A DNA stretch of 63,151 nucleotides, filler included, from Bigelowiella natans CCMP2755 (GCA_000320545.1; 6 parts of 6 records of this genome joined end to end with filler, not necessarily neighbours in it); one strand, 5' to 3'. Numbered from the whole stretch's first letter, positions 28,209 to 43,223 are shown. Made by a program: numbers and translations. The notes: generated by a model from the letters alone, not told the origin.

Positions 28209-29329
28209 TCATGATGTCATGAAGATGTTTTGTACAGTTTCCACGTTCGCCTTCTCTGCTGCCAGGTCTAATGCGTCAACCTGCAAAATAACCAGAATAA
28301 CCTCTAATCAAAGCAATGCCTACATAATTGGCGAACGCCCAGAATAATGCTAAAAATTAGAGCAATTTCACTGCTTGCGCAACAAATAATTCATCATATA
28401 GATTTGAAGATATGTTCTCAATCTTGGCTAAGCCTTTTAGGGTTATCATCGCAAGGACCTCTCCAGGAGTCAACTTCCATCCCAATGCACCCAAATTTTC
28501 AATTGCCTGCATAAGGTGTTGGCGATTCAGAACGATTTTATCATCACCAAAGAAGCATTGTTTCATATTCTTGTCCCCTTCTTCTAGTATACCAATGGCA
28601 GTGATGATGATGATTGTGATGATGATGGTGATGATGGTGAGCATGATTGTGGAACTTTACTACCTGAGCCTTATTTTTCGCCCCGGGGATAGGTATACAG
28701 CCTTTAGCCATGCACCAATTAATAGAAACCTGTAATATAAAGAAATATTAGAAGGAGGACTGATGAAAATCAAACACTACCTGTTAAGGATGATGAAAAG
28801 GGTAATGAAGATATAAGGTATTTCTCCTTAGGGTAAAAATTTTGCACTAATCAATCATACCCTCCTCCTCCCCCTCCTCCTCTCCGCTATCTTCTCTCAT
28901 GCGGGGAGAGGAGAACAGTGAAGGCAGCGACGAGATATGAGAGCATGGCTCTCTGATTACTTGAGAAATAAAAGAGGGTAGGGTGGAATTCTACGACTAG
29001 GGCTACTTCTACCTGCGACATCGTTTTTCTACGAGAGGCAGCGACAGCTTCTAGTTCTTGTAGCAGTGGCTGATAATACCAAAAATAATCACTGATATGC
29101 AATGCCAACGTTGGGAGTCTCAGGTACATTGCGGCAGATTGTATGATGATGGTGATGATGATGACGATGACGACGAACAAGAAGAGAGACGTACTGAATT
29201 GTAATGTATGGAAGCCATCTCGGTACGATGCTGGCAGTAACGATGACAGATACCTTTGCCTTTGGAAGAAGCTGCTTGAAAAGTTGACGCCGAACTGCTG
29301 ATTTTGGGAGATAACTTTCGTTGTACCTA

Positions 29330-29368
<39 letters not shown>

Positions 29369-29531
29369 GGCAGGGCAAAGTATAAACTTGGTGAAAATAA
29401 AAAATGTAAAAAGTAAAAAACATAAAATAAAATTTATAAATTTTGAGAAAAATGGTAAAAAAAAAATTATCTAATAAATGGATGAGGTAAATTTTGGAAG
29501 TGTCGATAAAAGCCTGTTGTAGGCGCATAAG
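28209..29531 (-). CDS. Aldo-keto reductase (pyridoxal reductase-like), 3' part; 5' part cut by the gap
   Basis: Spliced reading YQPLLQELEAVAASRRKTMSQ|VSINWCMAKGCIPIPGAKNKAQ|AIENLGALGWKLTPGE|VDALDLAAEKANVETVQNIFMTS-TGA, a typical AKR C-terminus. Confidence 0.85.
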
Positions 29532-29631
29532 NNNNNNNNNNNNNNNNNNNNNNNNNNNNNNNNNNNNNNNNNNNNTTAATTAATTAANNNNNNNNNNNNN
29601 NNNNNNNNNNNNNNNNNNNNNNNNNNNNNNN
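29532..29631. other. Assembly gap spacer
   Basis: N44-TTAATTAATTAA-N44. Confidence 0.97.
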
Positions 29632-29799
29632 AGAAGGAGGAGGAGGGGGGGGTGGGGGGGGAGGGAAAAGGACACAGTACATACATACGTCGGGTGGTAG
29701 GAATTAGTTCTTTGTAAAAAGAGGAGGTGTTGTGGTGTGATGGTGATGATGGTGATGATGGCGACTATAGCTAACATACACTACAATCTCAATAAGTAG

Positions 29800-29873
29800 T
29801 AATAGTAGTACTTCAAATTCTATGCGAAGAAGTTTTTGCTTCCGTGCATGCTTGTCCTCCCTGATAATGATAG

Positions 29874-29904
<31 letters not shown>

Positions 29905-29980
29905 CTTTACATTCCAGTTGCACCCCACAACGACAACAACAACAACAACAACAACAAGTACTATTCTACCACTACTACTA

Positions 29981-30013
<33 letters not shown>

Positions 30014-31841
30014 TTGCTACCGTTTTCTTCTATTATGCCTACTACAACTGGGAAAAGTTTGTCCAACTACACACATTATGCTAGTGATACCCCTCCTTCC
30101 TCCTCTTACAACTACCACCACCACTACTACTCCTACTACTCCTTCTACTTAATACTTTAACATTCTTCGCCTTTCAGTATCTCTTCTCCCATTTCTCCAT
30201 CGATTCCATTTCCTTAACAAGAGTTGTACCAAGAAGAGAAAATAAGACAACGATAACGATGATGGCTATTGAGTATTATTCTCTTTGTTGTTAAAATGCT
30301 CTGGGAATACCTCAAAGATTGATCGTTTTCCTGCATTTTCTGATTAACATTCTTTGCTCGCGCCCTCCTTTGCAGCTCATGAAATTCGACTTATTGTTTT
30401 TACAGCACCATCCACACCAAATTATTCTCAAAATCTTACATAATTTTACTTCGAGAGAACTCACTGAAAACCCCTTCATAACCATCGTCGTTATCAACAC
30501 GACTCTGCAAATTGAAATTACCCCCTCCCCCTTCTAACCTCCTTGGCTTATTTTAATAAGATGATAATGGAGATTTTGATTGACATGATTTAGTTTATTG
30601 TTGTAGTTGAGTCATCGTTTGGTGTAATGAAGTACATAGGATGACCTATCTGTCGTGAGAGAGAATCTTCCTGCCGCATACGACTTAGTTCTAGTTGCAT
30701 CATTATTATCATTGTTATTATTCTTGTTAATATTTTATATAGTAGCTCATGTACTACTCTTGCAACTACTACTCGTGGAACAAATACTACTACTACTACT
30801 ACTACTACTACTACACTTATTAGACATACTCACCATCACCACCATCATCATCATCATCGTACACTCACCCTTCAATGCTCTCTCTGCACGAGCTGCGTGC
30901 CTACCACGGATATCCTAAGAAGAAGAAGAAGAAAAAGAAGGACAATAACAACAACAACAAAAAGAAAGTAAGAAGAGTCATCCGAGGACAGAGAAAGAGA
31001 GAGCATCGACGATAAGAAAAGCACGGAGTGATGAGATGATATTAATCACAGAAACCAACAAACAATACCATCATCTGCATTGTCACTGATCATCATCATA
31101 ATTATCATTATCACTCACAAGCATACCAATATTTCCATCCACACTTCATGTTGTCATCATCATAGAAAGCATAGAGAGATAATGATGATGATGATGATGA
31201 TGATGATGATCACCTCCATTTGCATGGAGTGGCGTTGTTGCTTCCTTCTCTTATTTTTCTCCATCACTCGTATAGCACACAACCTACTCGATCTGATATG
31301 AAGATAATTACATCCAAACAACGACAAGTTTACAATGAATAAGAAACTATTCGTCATTTTGGTTCCCTTTGTATCAGTAAAGTAATAATATTACAATAGC
31401 AGCACCTGTTGTCCTCATGTTGCATTCCATGCCTTTGGGCCTCTATCCGCATCCTAACCAAACGGTAGGTAGATAGTACCCAGTAGTACCGCTTTAGTTA
31501 ACACATCGTACACTCCTCATACTAGCACCTAGAAACTAAGGACATTCATATATAATCGAGTCGCTCTCTCTCTCTCTCCCTCCCTCTCCTATTTCCCTCG
31601 CCCCCTTTTTTTCGCACTACATCCACCATTAGAACACATACACACACACACACACATACACACACACACACACACACCGTTTTTTCCTCTCTCGGAGCAG
31701 GTCCAGTTGTCTTTTACACAACAATCGTCGATGACGATGGGATGAAGCAGTGTTGGTTAATATTAGCTGGTGATGAGAGTGAAGATATTGCTGATAGTTT
31801 GTTGATAGATGAATGGGTAGCGAGTATAATGATGTTGCATG

Positions 31842-31882
<41 letters not shown>

Positions 31883-32258
31883 TATGATTACTTTGTAAAT
31901 AGTATTGATGTTATTTTGAGAATGGGCAGCACCTTTTTCGCTCACGTTCTTTCTTAGCCTGTTCCAATCTCTCTATGGTCATCACAGTTAAACAGCGCTA
32001 ACAACAACAACAACAGCAAAAGGCAATTTCAATGCGACGACGACAAGGGGGAAAAGAAGCACAAGTCATGAGTTGTTATGATACTCTGAAACAGCATAAG
32101 ATGATAAGTTTCATCATCTTCAAAATCATCATGTTGTTGAGGAAGATGACATTTCGTCTAATCTCATCATTTTCTGAGGTATTGCGTATTGCCAGTTGTA
32201 GCTTAATAGCCGACAAACACGAAGAAAGCAATAACAAACAAACAAACACAAACACACA

Positions 32259-32312
<54 letters not shown>

Positions 32313-32417
32313 ACAAGGAGCAACGATATACCTGATCTTCTTCTCGCATTCGACAAGTCCATTTTAGTGCTCTGATAGTAGTAGTCGTTGGTAAAATAGA
32401 ATCAGATAACAAATACG

Positions 32418-32456
<39 letters not shown>

Positions 32457-32923
32457 ACAACAACAACAACAACAATGATCCACCTTTCGTGCTGCAGTTG
32501 TTTCTCGACGAATCTAGAGAAAATCCTAGAATCATCGTCTTCTAACCGCATTCTCCTACTTTCTCTCAAGGCAAGTTCCTTCCTTCTTTTGGCTCGGTGT
32601 ATCTTCATCAGATCGTACCCTAACGTATCCTCACGGTACATTCTGTTGTTGAGAATAGTAGTTGTCATAGTAGCAGTAGTAGTAGTGTGCAGTGGTAGTG
32701 CTTGTTAGTGCTGATGATGGAGATTGTAGTAGTCGCCTTCTTTTCACTGTATGATCGCTAATTATGTGAAATTGCTACTAATGATACAGAACGACACACC
32801 CTAAATACTACTACTACAACAACAACAACAACAACAACTACTACTACTACTACCGTTTCATATGTTTCTTTTGCCTTTGGGAGCGATTTTGCACAATTTG
32901 TTGCTGCAAAGCCTATGCGTGTA

Positions 32924-32959
<36 letters not shown>

Positions 32960-34139
32960 ATATTTATAATATTTATAACATATAGTATCATCGATTAGTC
33001 TTCTTCTGATAATATCATCTGTATTTTTCGTTTTATCGGTCGGTGTATATTCGTGGTATACATGCTGCTGCATTTGCTCATATATTACTATCTCTCACCA
33101 TCCATGGATAAATTATATATATTTTTGTTAGTTACTAATGCCTAATACGTTCACTATCATATTTATTCGGTAGAGTACAATATTAATTACTAAAATAATA
33201 ATAACAATAATAACAATCATCATCATCATCATCGTCATCATCACATCATCATCATCGTCATCATCACATCATCATCATCGTCATCATCACATCATTATCT
33301 TAGTTATCGTCTCATCTCATCATCTCACAACTGCTAGCACCGACCCTCGATAATCGATCTTCATGGCTCATGCGCTGTCGTTCTACGTGTCCTCCTGGGA
33401 GAAACAGAGGCGAGGAAGAAACATAAGAAAGAAAGGCTTAATCCTTTATAATCGGTCATTGAACAACTGCCGCTGCTACTGCTCCTGGCAATATACTGCT
33501 TAAATAATAATCCCTCTGTGCATTTATAAGATGATGTGCTCTAGAGTAGATGTTTACGTGCTTTGCAGCAATCTTCACACATTTTCACCACTTCAATCAA
33601 CACTATCAATAAAACTAATGAAGGAAGGAGGAGGAGGAGGAGGAGGAGAGGAGAAGGAGGCAGCAGCAGGTAGACAGAAGTCGTCTCAATCACCACCCAT
33701 ATAGTTGTTTGTTGTTTTAAATTACTTTTGGATTTTGCCTGCTCTTGCTGTAGCTTTTCGCGCTCTTTTCTCTTTTCATCCAACTCCTACGAGGCATACA
33801 CATAGTAGATAGTATCAGCACAACACACAACATTGAAGAGAGTTAGGAAGAAGTGTGATGGAAAGAAGACATGCTTCAGTTGAAGATTATATAGCAAATA
33901 TGTAGAGCCGCAACGTACGACGCAACACTTGCATTCTACTTCAAGAAGAGACGTATACTCTTCTTCTCCTCCTCCTACTGCTACTACTACTACTGCTACC
34001 CTTTTTTTCTCCTCTCTCTGCCTCTTCAATCGAGCCCTTTTCTTTGCACGGCGTCTTTGTTCTAATCAAGACATCATCGATAAGGATTAGTAGGGTCTGT
34101 CTGCTATTATTGGTAATACCGACAGCTGAATATAATATA

Positions 34140-34171
<32 letters not shown>

Positions 34172-34399
34172 AGAAACCTCTTTGTTGCTGCTCAACATGA
34201 CGTTCTGCTTCTCTCCTTAGGCGTTCCATCTCCTCCTAGAATCATAAGTATACCACACAACAACACCATAATAAGGCAAAAGACGAGCTACAATTCATCC
34301 ATTCTCGCTCATCAATCATTATGCTGCTGTTGCTGCATCGAGGAATATCCGTACAGTACAGATAGATTGAAAGTACTTTAACCTCAATGGCAACCATTA

Positions 34400-34458
<59 letters not shown>

Positions 34459-34594
34459 TGATATTATATAAAAACATCTATACATAGTAGGAAATGTATT
34501 CGGTGTTGTTGTATAGGTTATTGTGTGTGCAGAAGCTTTATATTGTGTATATATGTTCCAAATTGAAGGGAATGGCTATCATGATCTTCACTTT

Positions 34595-34626
<32 letters not shown>

Positions 34627-34785
34627 TTCTCCTTTTTCTTGCTCTTTTTGTTCTCCTTCTATTCCTTACATTGATTCTTTTCTTCATGGCTTGTCGCTTC
34701 ACTTCTTGAGCCTCCCTTCGTTTCTAACATCCCACATTACAAGCACACACACACACATACCACACACACACACACGCATATATAC

Positions 34786-34827
<42 letters not shown>

Positions 34828-34947
34828 ATACGATATATATATGCTGGTATAATGGTGTAGCAACAGCAGCACCTTCTCCATGTCCCTTTGTTCCCTTTCC
34901 TTCAATTCAATCCATCGCGCCAACGAAGAACTTGGCTGCTACACAAG

Positions 34948-34979
<32 letters not shown>

Positions 34980-35844
34980 AGATAATATGAGGCATATTCA
35001 TCCCCAAAACTACTATTACTGTTATTGCTTGCACTGCTGGCACTAGTACCTTCTTTCTCTTCGTGGTGTTCTTCTTCTCACCGTTATTGTTGTTGCCACG
35101 ATCATTGTTATGATGACTATTCTCATCGATGCGATCCGATTTGTTTATATTCGATTGTGCCTCCGTTTGGTCAATACCCCCCTGCTTCATCGTCTCTCCT
35201 GCTATTTCAGCAATGCACGTTAGAATGATACATATTATTCACTTATGTTTGTACTCGATCATGCTTGTGCACATGTGTAGGTTCTGCAACAATAACAACA
35301 AGCAACACTGATAGTATTCCCACAATAAACACATACACCCGCTTATTACCTTGTTCATTCTCTACTACAGATGATGAAAATGTATTTGTTTGCCTCGTAT
35401 CATCCTTAGCTGTAACTCCTACTTCTTTCTTGCTATTCTCATCATCGTCGTCATTTTCTCCTCCCGCTCCTGTATGTGCTGCTATGATAACTTTAGTAGA
35501 TTCGTTTGTCTTGCGTAGCATATCTTTGGCACTTTCTACTTCTTCCTCCTGTATACAATTATAAACGTTAATAAGACTACAAAAGAGAAGAACGAAAGTT
35601 TTTGCAATAATCTCTTTTTGCAACGATAATATACCATCATTGCCACTTTTTATTCTTTCTACTGGCACTCAATGCAGTTGCTGCTTTTCAATCTATGTAT
35701 GATAGCCGTCTATCTATACTTATCGTCAATGCATTTTGCTTATTGCTACCCCTTCCTTCTATATATCTTACCACTTTTTTTGAGACGACACGAACTTGAT
35801 CAAGATGCCTTCGTTAAAAAAGATGATGATAAGGAAAGGGAAAA

Positions 35845-35897
<53 letters not shown>

Positions 35898-36329
35898 GTA
35901 TTTGCTATTGCCTATATACGAAATATACTTTAGAAATACTTGGGCCGATTGATGTATCATTGGCTTTTCATAATAATTTGTCGGCTCCTCTCATCACTAT
36001 TACTGTTCAACTAATATAGCAGCAGTGCACTCATAATCATTTACTACTTTTTATGTTCGTTGATATCGCTTTCCCTCTTGTCGAATATTCCTGAACAAAG
36101 AGTGGAGATGAAGGATGGATAATCAATCATGATCATGTTGTGGAATTATGTTGCTATTTCACTACAGCTATTGAATGCTCGCTAAAATGTGACTACTTTA
36201 AGTTGTACCCATGTAGTTATTCCACTGTTTTTGGAACTCTGGTGTCGGTTCGATGTCCTCCTGCCAATAGTGCAAATACGATGATATGGTGATGATGATG
36301 TTAGCACCACGATGATGAAACCATACCGG

Positions 36330-36360
<31 letters not shown>

Positions 36361-36597
36361 ATTGTTTTTTTAGGTTTAGAATTGGTATGAAGCTTTGTTG
36401 AGAGGGTGGGTAGAAAGATGCTAGGAATGGAAGTAATAATTAGTGATTGGTCTACAGAGTGAAATGACCTCTTGGGCACTGAAATGGCGTCCTTCACAAA
36501 GTCTTAGAAATTCCTCATCAGAATCGAATTGTGGTTCTTCTTCCTTTATATAACCTATGTAGTCGCAGCAGCCCGCACCACCACACCAGAATTACAG

Positions 36598-36632
<35 letters not shown>

Positions 36633-36694
36633 CTCAATGACAACCAAACGACATTAGGAAGTAGAGTAGTGGCAGCAGGTGGCAGCAGTAGTAC

Positions 36695-36727
<33 letters not shown>

Positions 36728-37100
36728 GAGGAGGAGGAGGAGCAGTAGCAGGAGGAGCAGTTGCAAAAAATAGAAGGAGCTGCTGAAAGCACCAATTTCG
36801 TCGTCAGTCATATTTCTCATCTTATTCTTCTCCGCCTCCATACGCAGTCGAATCTGATGAAGAAACAACAAGTAGTCGTCACTGTTGCTTGACAGAATCC
36901 ATTACTAACTCCAGGAACACTAACACAGCTAGATGATCCAACCTCGTCATCCGTGATATCACCGACCCCAATCCCCATCGTGAGGATCCCCACTCCATCA
37001 TCCTCGTCTTCGATTTCCATCAGAAGAAACTTGCTCCTCTCTGCTTTCTATCTCAAAGTGCTGAGACGTCGTCTGTTGCTGCGTTCTAAACGTTGGTGCG
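29800..37100 (-). CDS. Multi-exon charged coiled-coil protein of unknown function (boundaries approximate)
   Basis: Short GT-AG-bounded E/K/R-rich exons, e.g. IRLRMEAEKNKMRNMTDDEIG, ARWIELKEREQRDMEK, EDTLGYDLMKIHRAKRRKELALRESRRMRLE and EDKHARKQKLLRIEFE, separated by microsatellite introns. Confidence 0.55.
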
Positions 37101-37586
37101 TTTCAACATTTGCAGTTCTCCTCCCCCTCCTGCCTCCTCCCACTAAGGTTGGCGGGAACGAGTAACGATGGACGTAACAGTAGGTCTGGTGCTCAAAGAA
37201 CAAGTTTATTGTGCCTGCTAAGTTCCTATTCTAGTCCGATTTTAGCGCTACAAACATCTGAATTCAGCATACGTATCTGTCCTTCTTTGTTGTTATTCAT
37301 TGCGACAGTAATAATCTTCAAGAACATTTGTGGAGGGAACTATACCTAAAGAATTACATCGTTTTTACTATCCCAAGAATCATTGTTGCATTTGTTCTAC
37401 ATCCAGATGTGTATTGGCAATATTGATTGTTGTAGATGTTGTCTGTGAAAGCACGAGGTTGTTCTGCACATTACCCTCTTTTGACCAAAGAAATTTGACA
37501 GAAGAAGGTACTTTTTCTGCCCCAACTTCCGATTCGCTCGGAAGCACGATGAGAGGTTTCCCAACCCACTTCTTTGGTTAGCCGCA

Positions 37587-40500
37587 ATGGAAAGCCATCC
37601 ATCATCGCGAGGTAGTGCTAGTTGCGCTACGTCCCTGGATTGGGGAGGAGGAAGAGGGGGTTTCTCTTTGGAAGAAGAAGCAGAGGCAAAGATTTCAAGA
37701 CAACTAGTGCAGTTGAACGACTTGTTGTATGCTGAAGGTAAACAGCTCAAAGTACTTCGTCAAAGGTATGATGTCTACCCACAACTCAAAATAAAACCAA
37801 CAATGATGACAATGCTGATGATGCCTCTGCTGATGCTGCTGCTGCTGCTGATGCTGCTGATGATGATGACAGTCACGATGACGATGACGGAGACTTTAAG
37901 ACAAAGCATGTGCGTTCGCGATAAATTCATTCTCCAATCGACATCTTTCGATTTGATGAAGGCTATACTCAATGTCATGATAATTTCTTTAGATTTGACG
38001 AAGAGTATCAACGCCAGCTAGCGAGAACTGCAAATCGATACCGACGGAAAGCGGTTGGATGTGTAGTTATGATTTATGGTGTACCTTCTACATTTTTGGC
38101 AGACTAACTATTACAACCTGCTCTCTCATATTGTGTACACAGAAAATTAAAAATCCTACATAAGTAACCTGTAACAATTGCATTTTTCGCTCACCTGCAG
38201 GTAAATTATTTACGAGAAAGTGACGAGTGGCAAGAAGCATTTCCATTCTTCGCTGTAAAGGGCGTTGCTACACAAGCGCAACATGATCAAGACAAAATGC
38301 CCTTCAAAAAACACCCAAATATACATCGAGATCAAAAATCCAGTGAAAGTCTTTGCTGTAGGGGTGTCCCTGCTGCTGCTGCTGCTGGTGGTGGTGGTGG
38401 TGCTGGTACTATGCCAAGTTCACCTTCCCATCCTATGAAGAAGCGTATGCCAAATGCAAGAATATCAAGTGGGCAGTTATCACCGTCATCGTCTTCATCG
38501 TCATCATCTTCACCTGTAGATTACTACGGTTGTGGTGATGTCCTCAATATTTCCTATGATCGTATTGATATCGACCATCGAGGGCTCGAAGTGAGGGGAA
38601 CTGCATTACAAATAGAGCCTACGAGCCACACAGAAGAGGAGGTACAACTGCAAGCCAAACAGATAGAAGGATGTTCATATTAGTAATAAGACGATGATGA
38701 GCAAGAGGAGGAGGAGCTACATCATTTTCACCAACATATCTCTTGAATACAAACTAATCACTGTCGGTCAGGTGTTTGCTCGTCACGGCGTCATCGAGGA
38801 AATGATATCGGCTGATTCCCTTTGCAGGACCGCCGCTCAAACACCAAAAATAATAGGCAATAAGTTTCATCCTATCACTCCTGAGAAGGTTTACTGGCAT
38901 CAAATACACACCAACCTCTTCGAGAACCTGTGGGTTGAAATGGTACGATTATGACCATGTTCGATGTGTATGTGTCAGCATAATGCTGCTGATACTATTG
39001 CTACTGCTGCTGCTGCAAATGATGACTGTATGCTTTGTTCTTCTGTGAAAACTAAACATGTATAAGACATATAGGAACACTTACAAAACACTCCAACTAA
39101 ATTGCTGACTTCAGTAGTCTCGTTCGTAAATGCTTCCTATATCTTTACTCACAACATTGGTTATCAGATCAATAACATAGAGGCGCTAATGCTTGAAGAT
39201 GAAAATCAGAAAAGGACAAAAAGGGAAAGGGAAGGTCGGGGAGATTTTTTAAACTAGCAGCCCTCAATGGAATGTATTCTCTAATGTTGGTTTGTCATAA
39301 TAACGATAAGAATCATCATCATCATGATCATAATGATGATAAACATCGCCATCATCTTTATCTTCCCTTTGTTGCTGTATTCATCTATCAATTAGGGGGT
39401 AAAGAAGAAGCCGGAGGAGGAACGAAGCAAATGCCCAGCACCACAACCAAGTACCAGCAGCAGGCTGGTTTGAAGCCATCATTATCCTCCTCGTCGTTGG
39501 TATCCTCATGCACAACACCCACCACGGTGTACAGCGATGAAGAGGTGCCACCAGTCACACATCGTGATCGCAGGTGGTTGCAGGAAAGACAGCAACAACA
39601 ACAACAGCGTGTCAATACTGATGATGATGTTGATGATAGAGATGTCCTGCTTCACCCATCGCTATCAAGTAGCTGTATTCCGAGCAATGTAGCCCCAGTC
39701 ACCACCACTCTGTTAGCAGCCGCATCAACAGATTTGATAGAGAAAAAGAAAAATAAGGCCATACTGATGAGGAATAATAAGCAGTGGGTTTATAGCGGTG
39801 ACAGTCGTGATGGTGTACACCATATAAAAGGCAGCACCAACGCTGTTACTACTTTCACTAATACTACAATAAGTACTAAGCCTGCAAAGTCTACTTCACC
39901 AGTGAGGGTGTGTAAATCGTACAATTTCCGTATTCTGTCATTAGTCTGTGAATGAATAGTTATAATGGTACGGCTACCATATTGTTGATGTGTTGAGAAT
40001 GACGATGGCACATCTATAAAAACGACATGATTTCACATCATATGCCGAATTCCAAGAATTAATGATAGGGGACGAGAAAGACATGATTTTGATACTCTAC
40101 AATTCCTTCGTTAGGTTGTGGAACTCATCATTGTGGTTGTTATTCATCATCTAACCCCTCAGAAGATTCGTCGCCGTGGAAGGGAACGGTCCAAGGCACG
40201 AGCTTTGTCAATGGTGGTCAATGCACCGTCGTCATCTACGATGATCATGAAAACAATGAAAATGATGCAACATGATGAGCAGCACCGGCGGCCCAAAACC
40301 TCTGTTCTTACAAATAAGCCAAATAAATCTTCATTAACGACACTTTCCAAGGGAAGACACCGTCCGGTTACCAGCTGGCCAGTGGCCACAACAAATATAA
40401 CAACTTTAGCTTCCTCTCTCTCCCTTCCTCCCAATAAAAATACGCGTCTACCTCTTTTACATGGGACTGTAGGAGTCGCAGCAGCCGCACCAGAGGCGGA

Positions 40501-40960
40501 CCGAAAAATCATTCCTCATTCTCAACATCCTCATCATATCCAGTCTAGTAACTACATCTTTGATTCGTGGTCTTTGACACGTAGTACGAAGTTGTCGAGA
40601 ATACCTGTCCATCGACTCAGACTCAGGAGACACCAACATGCGCAGCAACAGCAGCAACATCAATCATCATCCTGCTCTTCTCTACTTCTCCCGAGAATTC
40701 GTGGACACTCATTCGGTCTCACTCGAAAGAATAATCTACATTCCTCATCGATAGATGGTAGTGGTAATGGTGTTGGTGCGGGGAGACGATTCTCGCATAA
40801 AATAACATCATCTCCCCAAAGGAAACAGCAGCAGAAACACCACCCATCTTCTCAACAGCAGCGACAGTCTCAACTTGCTGGCAAAAACCGTCGTGAGATA
40901 GAAAGAGCTAACTTATTCCCGTCGTTATCATCTCAACCTTTTCTGGGCCAGGAGAAGTAG
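37587..40960 (+). CDS. Multi-exon hypothetical protein with a low-complexity C-terminus
   Basis: ATG at 37587 opens MESHPSSRG...RQLVQLNDLLYAEGKQLKVLRQ. Further open exons lie at 38200-38640, 38772-38942, 39395-39902 and 40163-40960. No family recognised. Confidence 0.5.
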
Positions 40961-41686
40961 CAGGTACAACGAAGGTAGCATGTCACAAAGCACAAAGGCA
41001 AATAACAAATATGAACACGCTGCGCATGTGTACGTAGCACTTATTGAGCATTAGTCACATGCTACACATTGTGCACTACATGTAGCTGCTATACTAGCCA
41101 TCTATGTATCTAGCAGCTAGCCATAGTGCTAGCAGAGTGCACGCAAGCTAGCAAGAAGGACGGCCCTCCTGCTAGCTAGCCTCGTTTATATACGCACATG
41201 CAAGTCGCACATATCTAGCAGACATGGCCATCGATCGCTGTGCATACGATACTAGCTTAGCTACGCTGTCTAGCTGCCGCACATTATTGTACGCAGAAGA
41301 GCTATGTCGATCGTGCGATGACTGACTAGCTAGCTAGACTGAGCATGTAATGCCCGCTATAGTTGGCTAGCCAGAAAAATATTGGTTGAATGCTGATATC
41401 ACTAATCAAAGTTCATGTCGCGATGGAAGAAACACAATGTGACATCTTCCTTGTGTACGATTATATCACATAAGCGCATCAAAATAAGTCGTTATCTCAA
41501 ACTATATCTCTTTTTCTCTTCAGATTAAGTGATGAAATGCATGCCACATTATCAAACCTCTCTACTATATCTCCTTATCGTTCAAAGAAAAATACAATTC
41601 CTGATTGTGATGTCACGGCCTTTTTGTAATAGCACATTCAGATGTTGATTTGTGTGCCACCGCTTGAGTTCCACTCGACATTGCGT

Positions 41687-42001
41687 TTACTCCTCTTTGC
41701 GACGACATTTAAAGTCAAAGAAGTTGCAGTCTCCCTTTCCCCATGGGTAAGGCTTGTTACGGATCTTCATGTAAGAATAAACTGGCCCTTCCCCGTCATG
41801 AGGGTGGTGCATCAACTCGAGGGCAGTGTTGATAGCAAGAGCGCCAGCAACCAGAGGCAATGAGGCGTATGTCACCTTCTTCCACCATGCCATTCCTTCT
41901 TTGATCTCTTCTGGAGATCCATGGCCTCCGACGAGTCTCTTTTGGCCCCTAAGGGATGGGGGGGAGCGGGCAACACGACGAAGGAGGTTGCGACCTAGCA
42001 T
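41687..42001 (-). CDS. COX6A: Cytochrome c oxidase subunit VIa (COX6A/Cox13), intronless, with mitochondrial presequence
   Basis: WWKKVTYASLP...YSYMKIRNKPYPWGKGDCNFF motif; Arg-rich N-terminus. Confidence 0.92.
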   Translation of the reverse strand: MLGRNLLRRVARSPPSLRGQKRLVGGHGSPEEIKEGMAWWKKVTYASLPLVAGALAINTALELMHHPHDGEGPVYSYMKIRNKPYPWGKGDCNFFDFKCRRKEE

Positions 42002-42908
42002 CACTATCTCTCTTGAGTTGTGACGGCATGATGGTAAATTAAGGAGGTTGAGATCGTATATCAGAATATTTACTTGTCGTACATATAAGATTTAACCTCA
42101 TCTATGTTTTATAACGAACAATCTAGGTCTTTCATACTAAAGTTGAAATCTCTTTAAGACTTAGAGTATTAGACGTGCATAGAAGACAGTCAAATTTTTG
42201 ATTAATTCCCATTATTGGGGTGTTTTTAATAAATGAACTGCCTTGAATTTGTATTTGTTTCGGAGATTGTGACAGCTATCCTATTTCGGGAGACAATATT
42301 ACAAAAAACAGAATCCATTTTGTAATAATATAATTTCTAAGAGACAATATTTTGATCTTATGAAAGCTTCGTGATATTAGTTGGGGATTGGATGCGATTT
42401 TCAGATTTATTCTTCGGCCGAACTTTTAAGTTCTCTTTTACCAACGTTATCGAGAAGTAACAACAACATTAGCAACAAATAGCACTTCTGTAAAATAATA
42501 CCCAGGATATAACTAAATAGTTTTTACTATTACAGAGAAATATTGATACTCCAATCATGATTTGGTCTTGGAGTTTCTGAAGGAGGAGGACACTCCATGT
42601 AGATGTTTTCGGCTTAAAAACACTATGTTTTTTGTACGGAGATTGCATTCATTTCCTCAAAACCCAACAAGAACAGTTCAAGGAGCGCATGTACTCTGCG
42701 CGCAGACTATCTTCCGTCACTCTGGGAAAACATGCCCCGTTGCTGGAGCATCATTTTTATCAGCAACGGGGGGATCTATTGTTAAGATTAATGAGCAACA
42801 GTAGTACGGAAGTAGGGTGTGCTGATCGGTATGTGATGCTTGAGAAAGATCAAAGTGAACATGAGAGGTAACATCAGTTTTTGCAGGGGGAAACAACTAT
42901 CTGCATCC

Positions 42909-43188
42909 ATGGCTAGGACTTACAACAAAGTTGGGGGTTCACAGTCTCTAGCTCACGATCTTACATTCCCCTCATTAACAATAGCCGCGGCAGATGTTGC
43001 CAAAAGGTCGACACCAGTGAAACAGTCACAATGGCGGCCTATTTTCAAAGTTCTGTCTTTTTTTTCATTTGAAAAGGTTTTCCTCCGAGGAAATTATCAA
43101 CATTGCAGATCTAGGATGTTCGCAGGTGTTATATCACATGCCATTCCATCCCCTCCATCTAGAAATGACGGAACGTCATTCATCATTA

Positions 43189-43223
<35 letters not shown>

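Noticed and set aside
33218-33300. Short (catcatcatcatcgtcatcatca) tandem
   Set aside because: Ordinary intronic minisatellite derived from a CAT microsatellite.
29632-36800. Numerous poly-amino-acid ORFs (poly-I, L, M, H, CV, RE, YI)
   Set aside because: Translations of intronic microsatellites.
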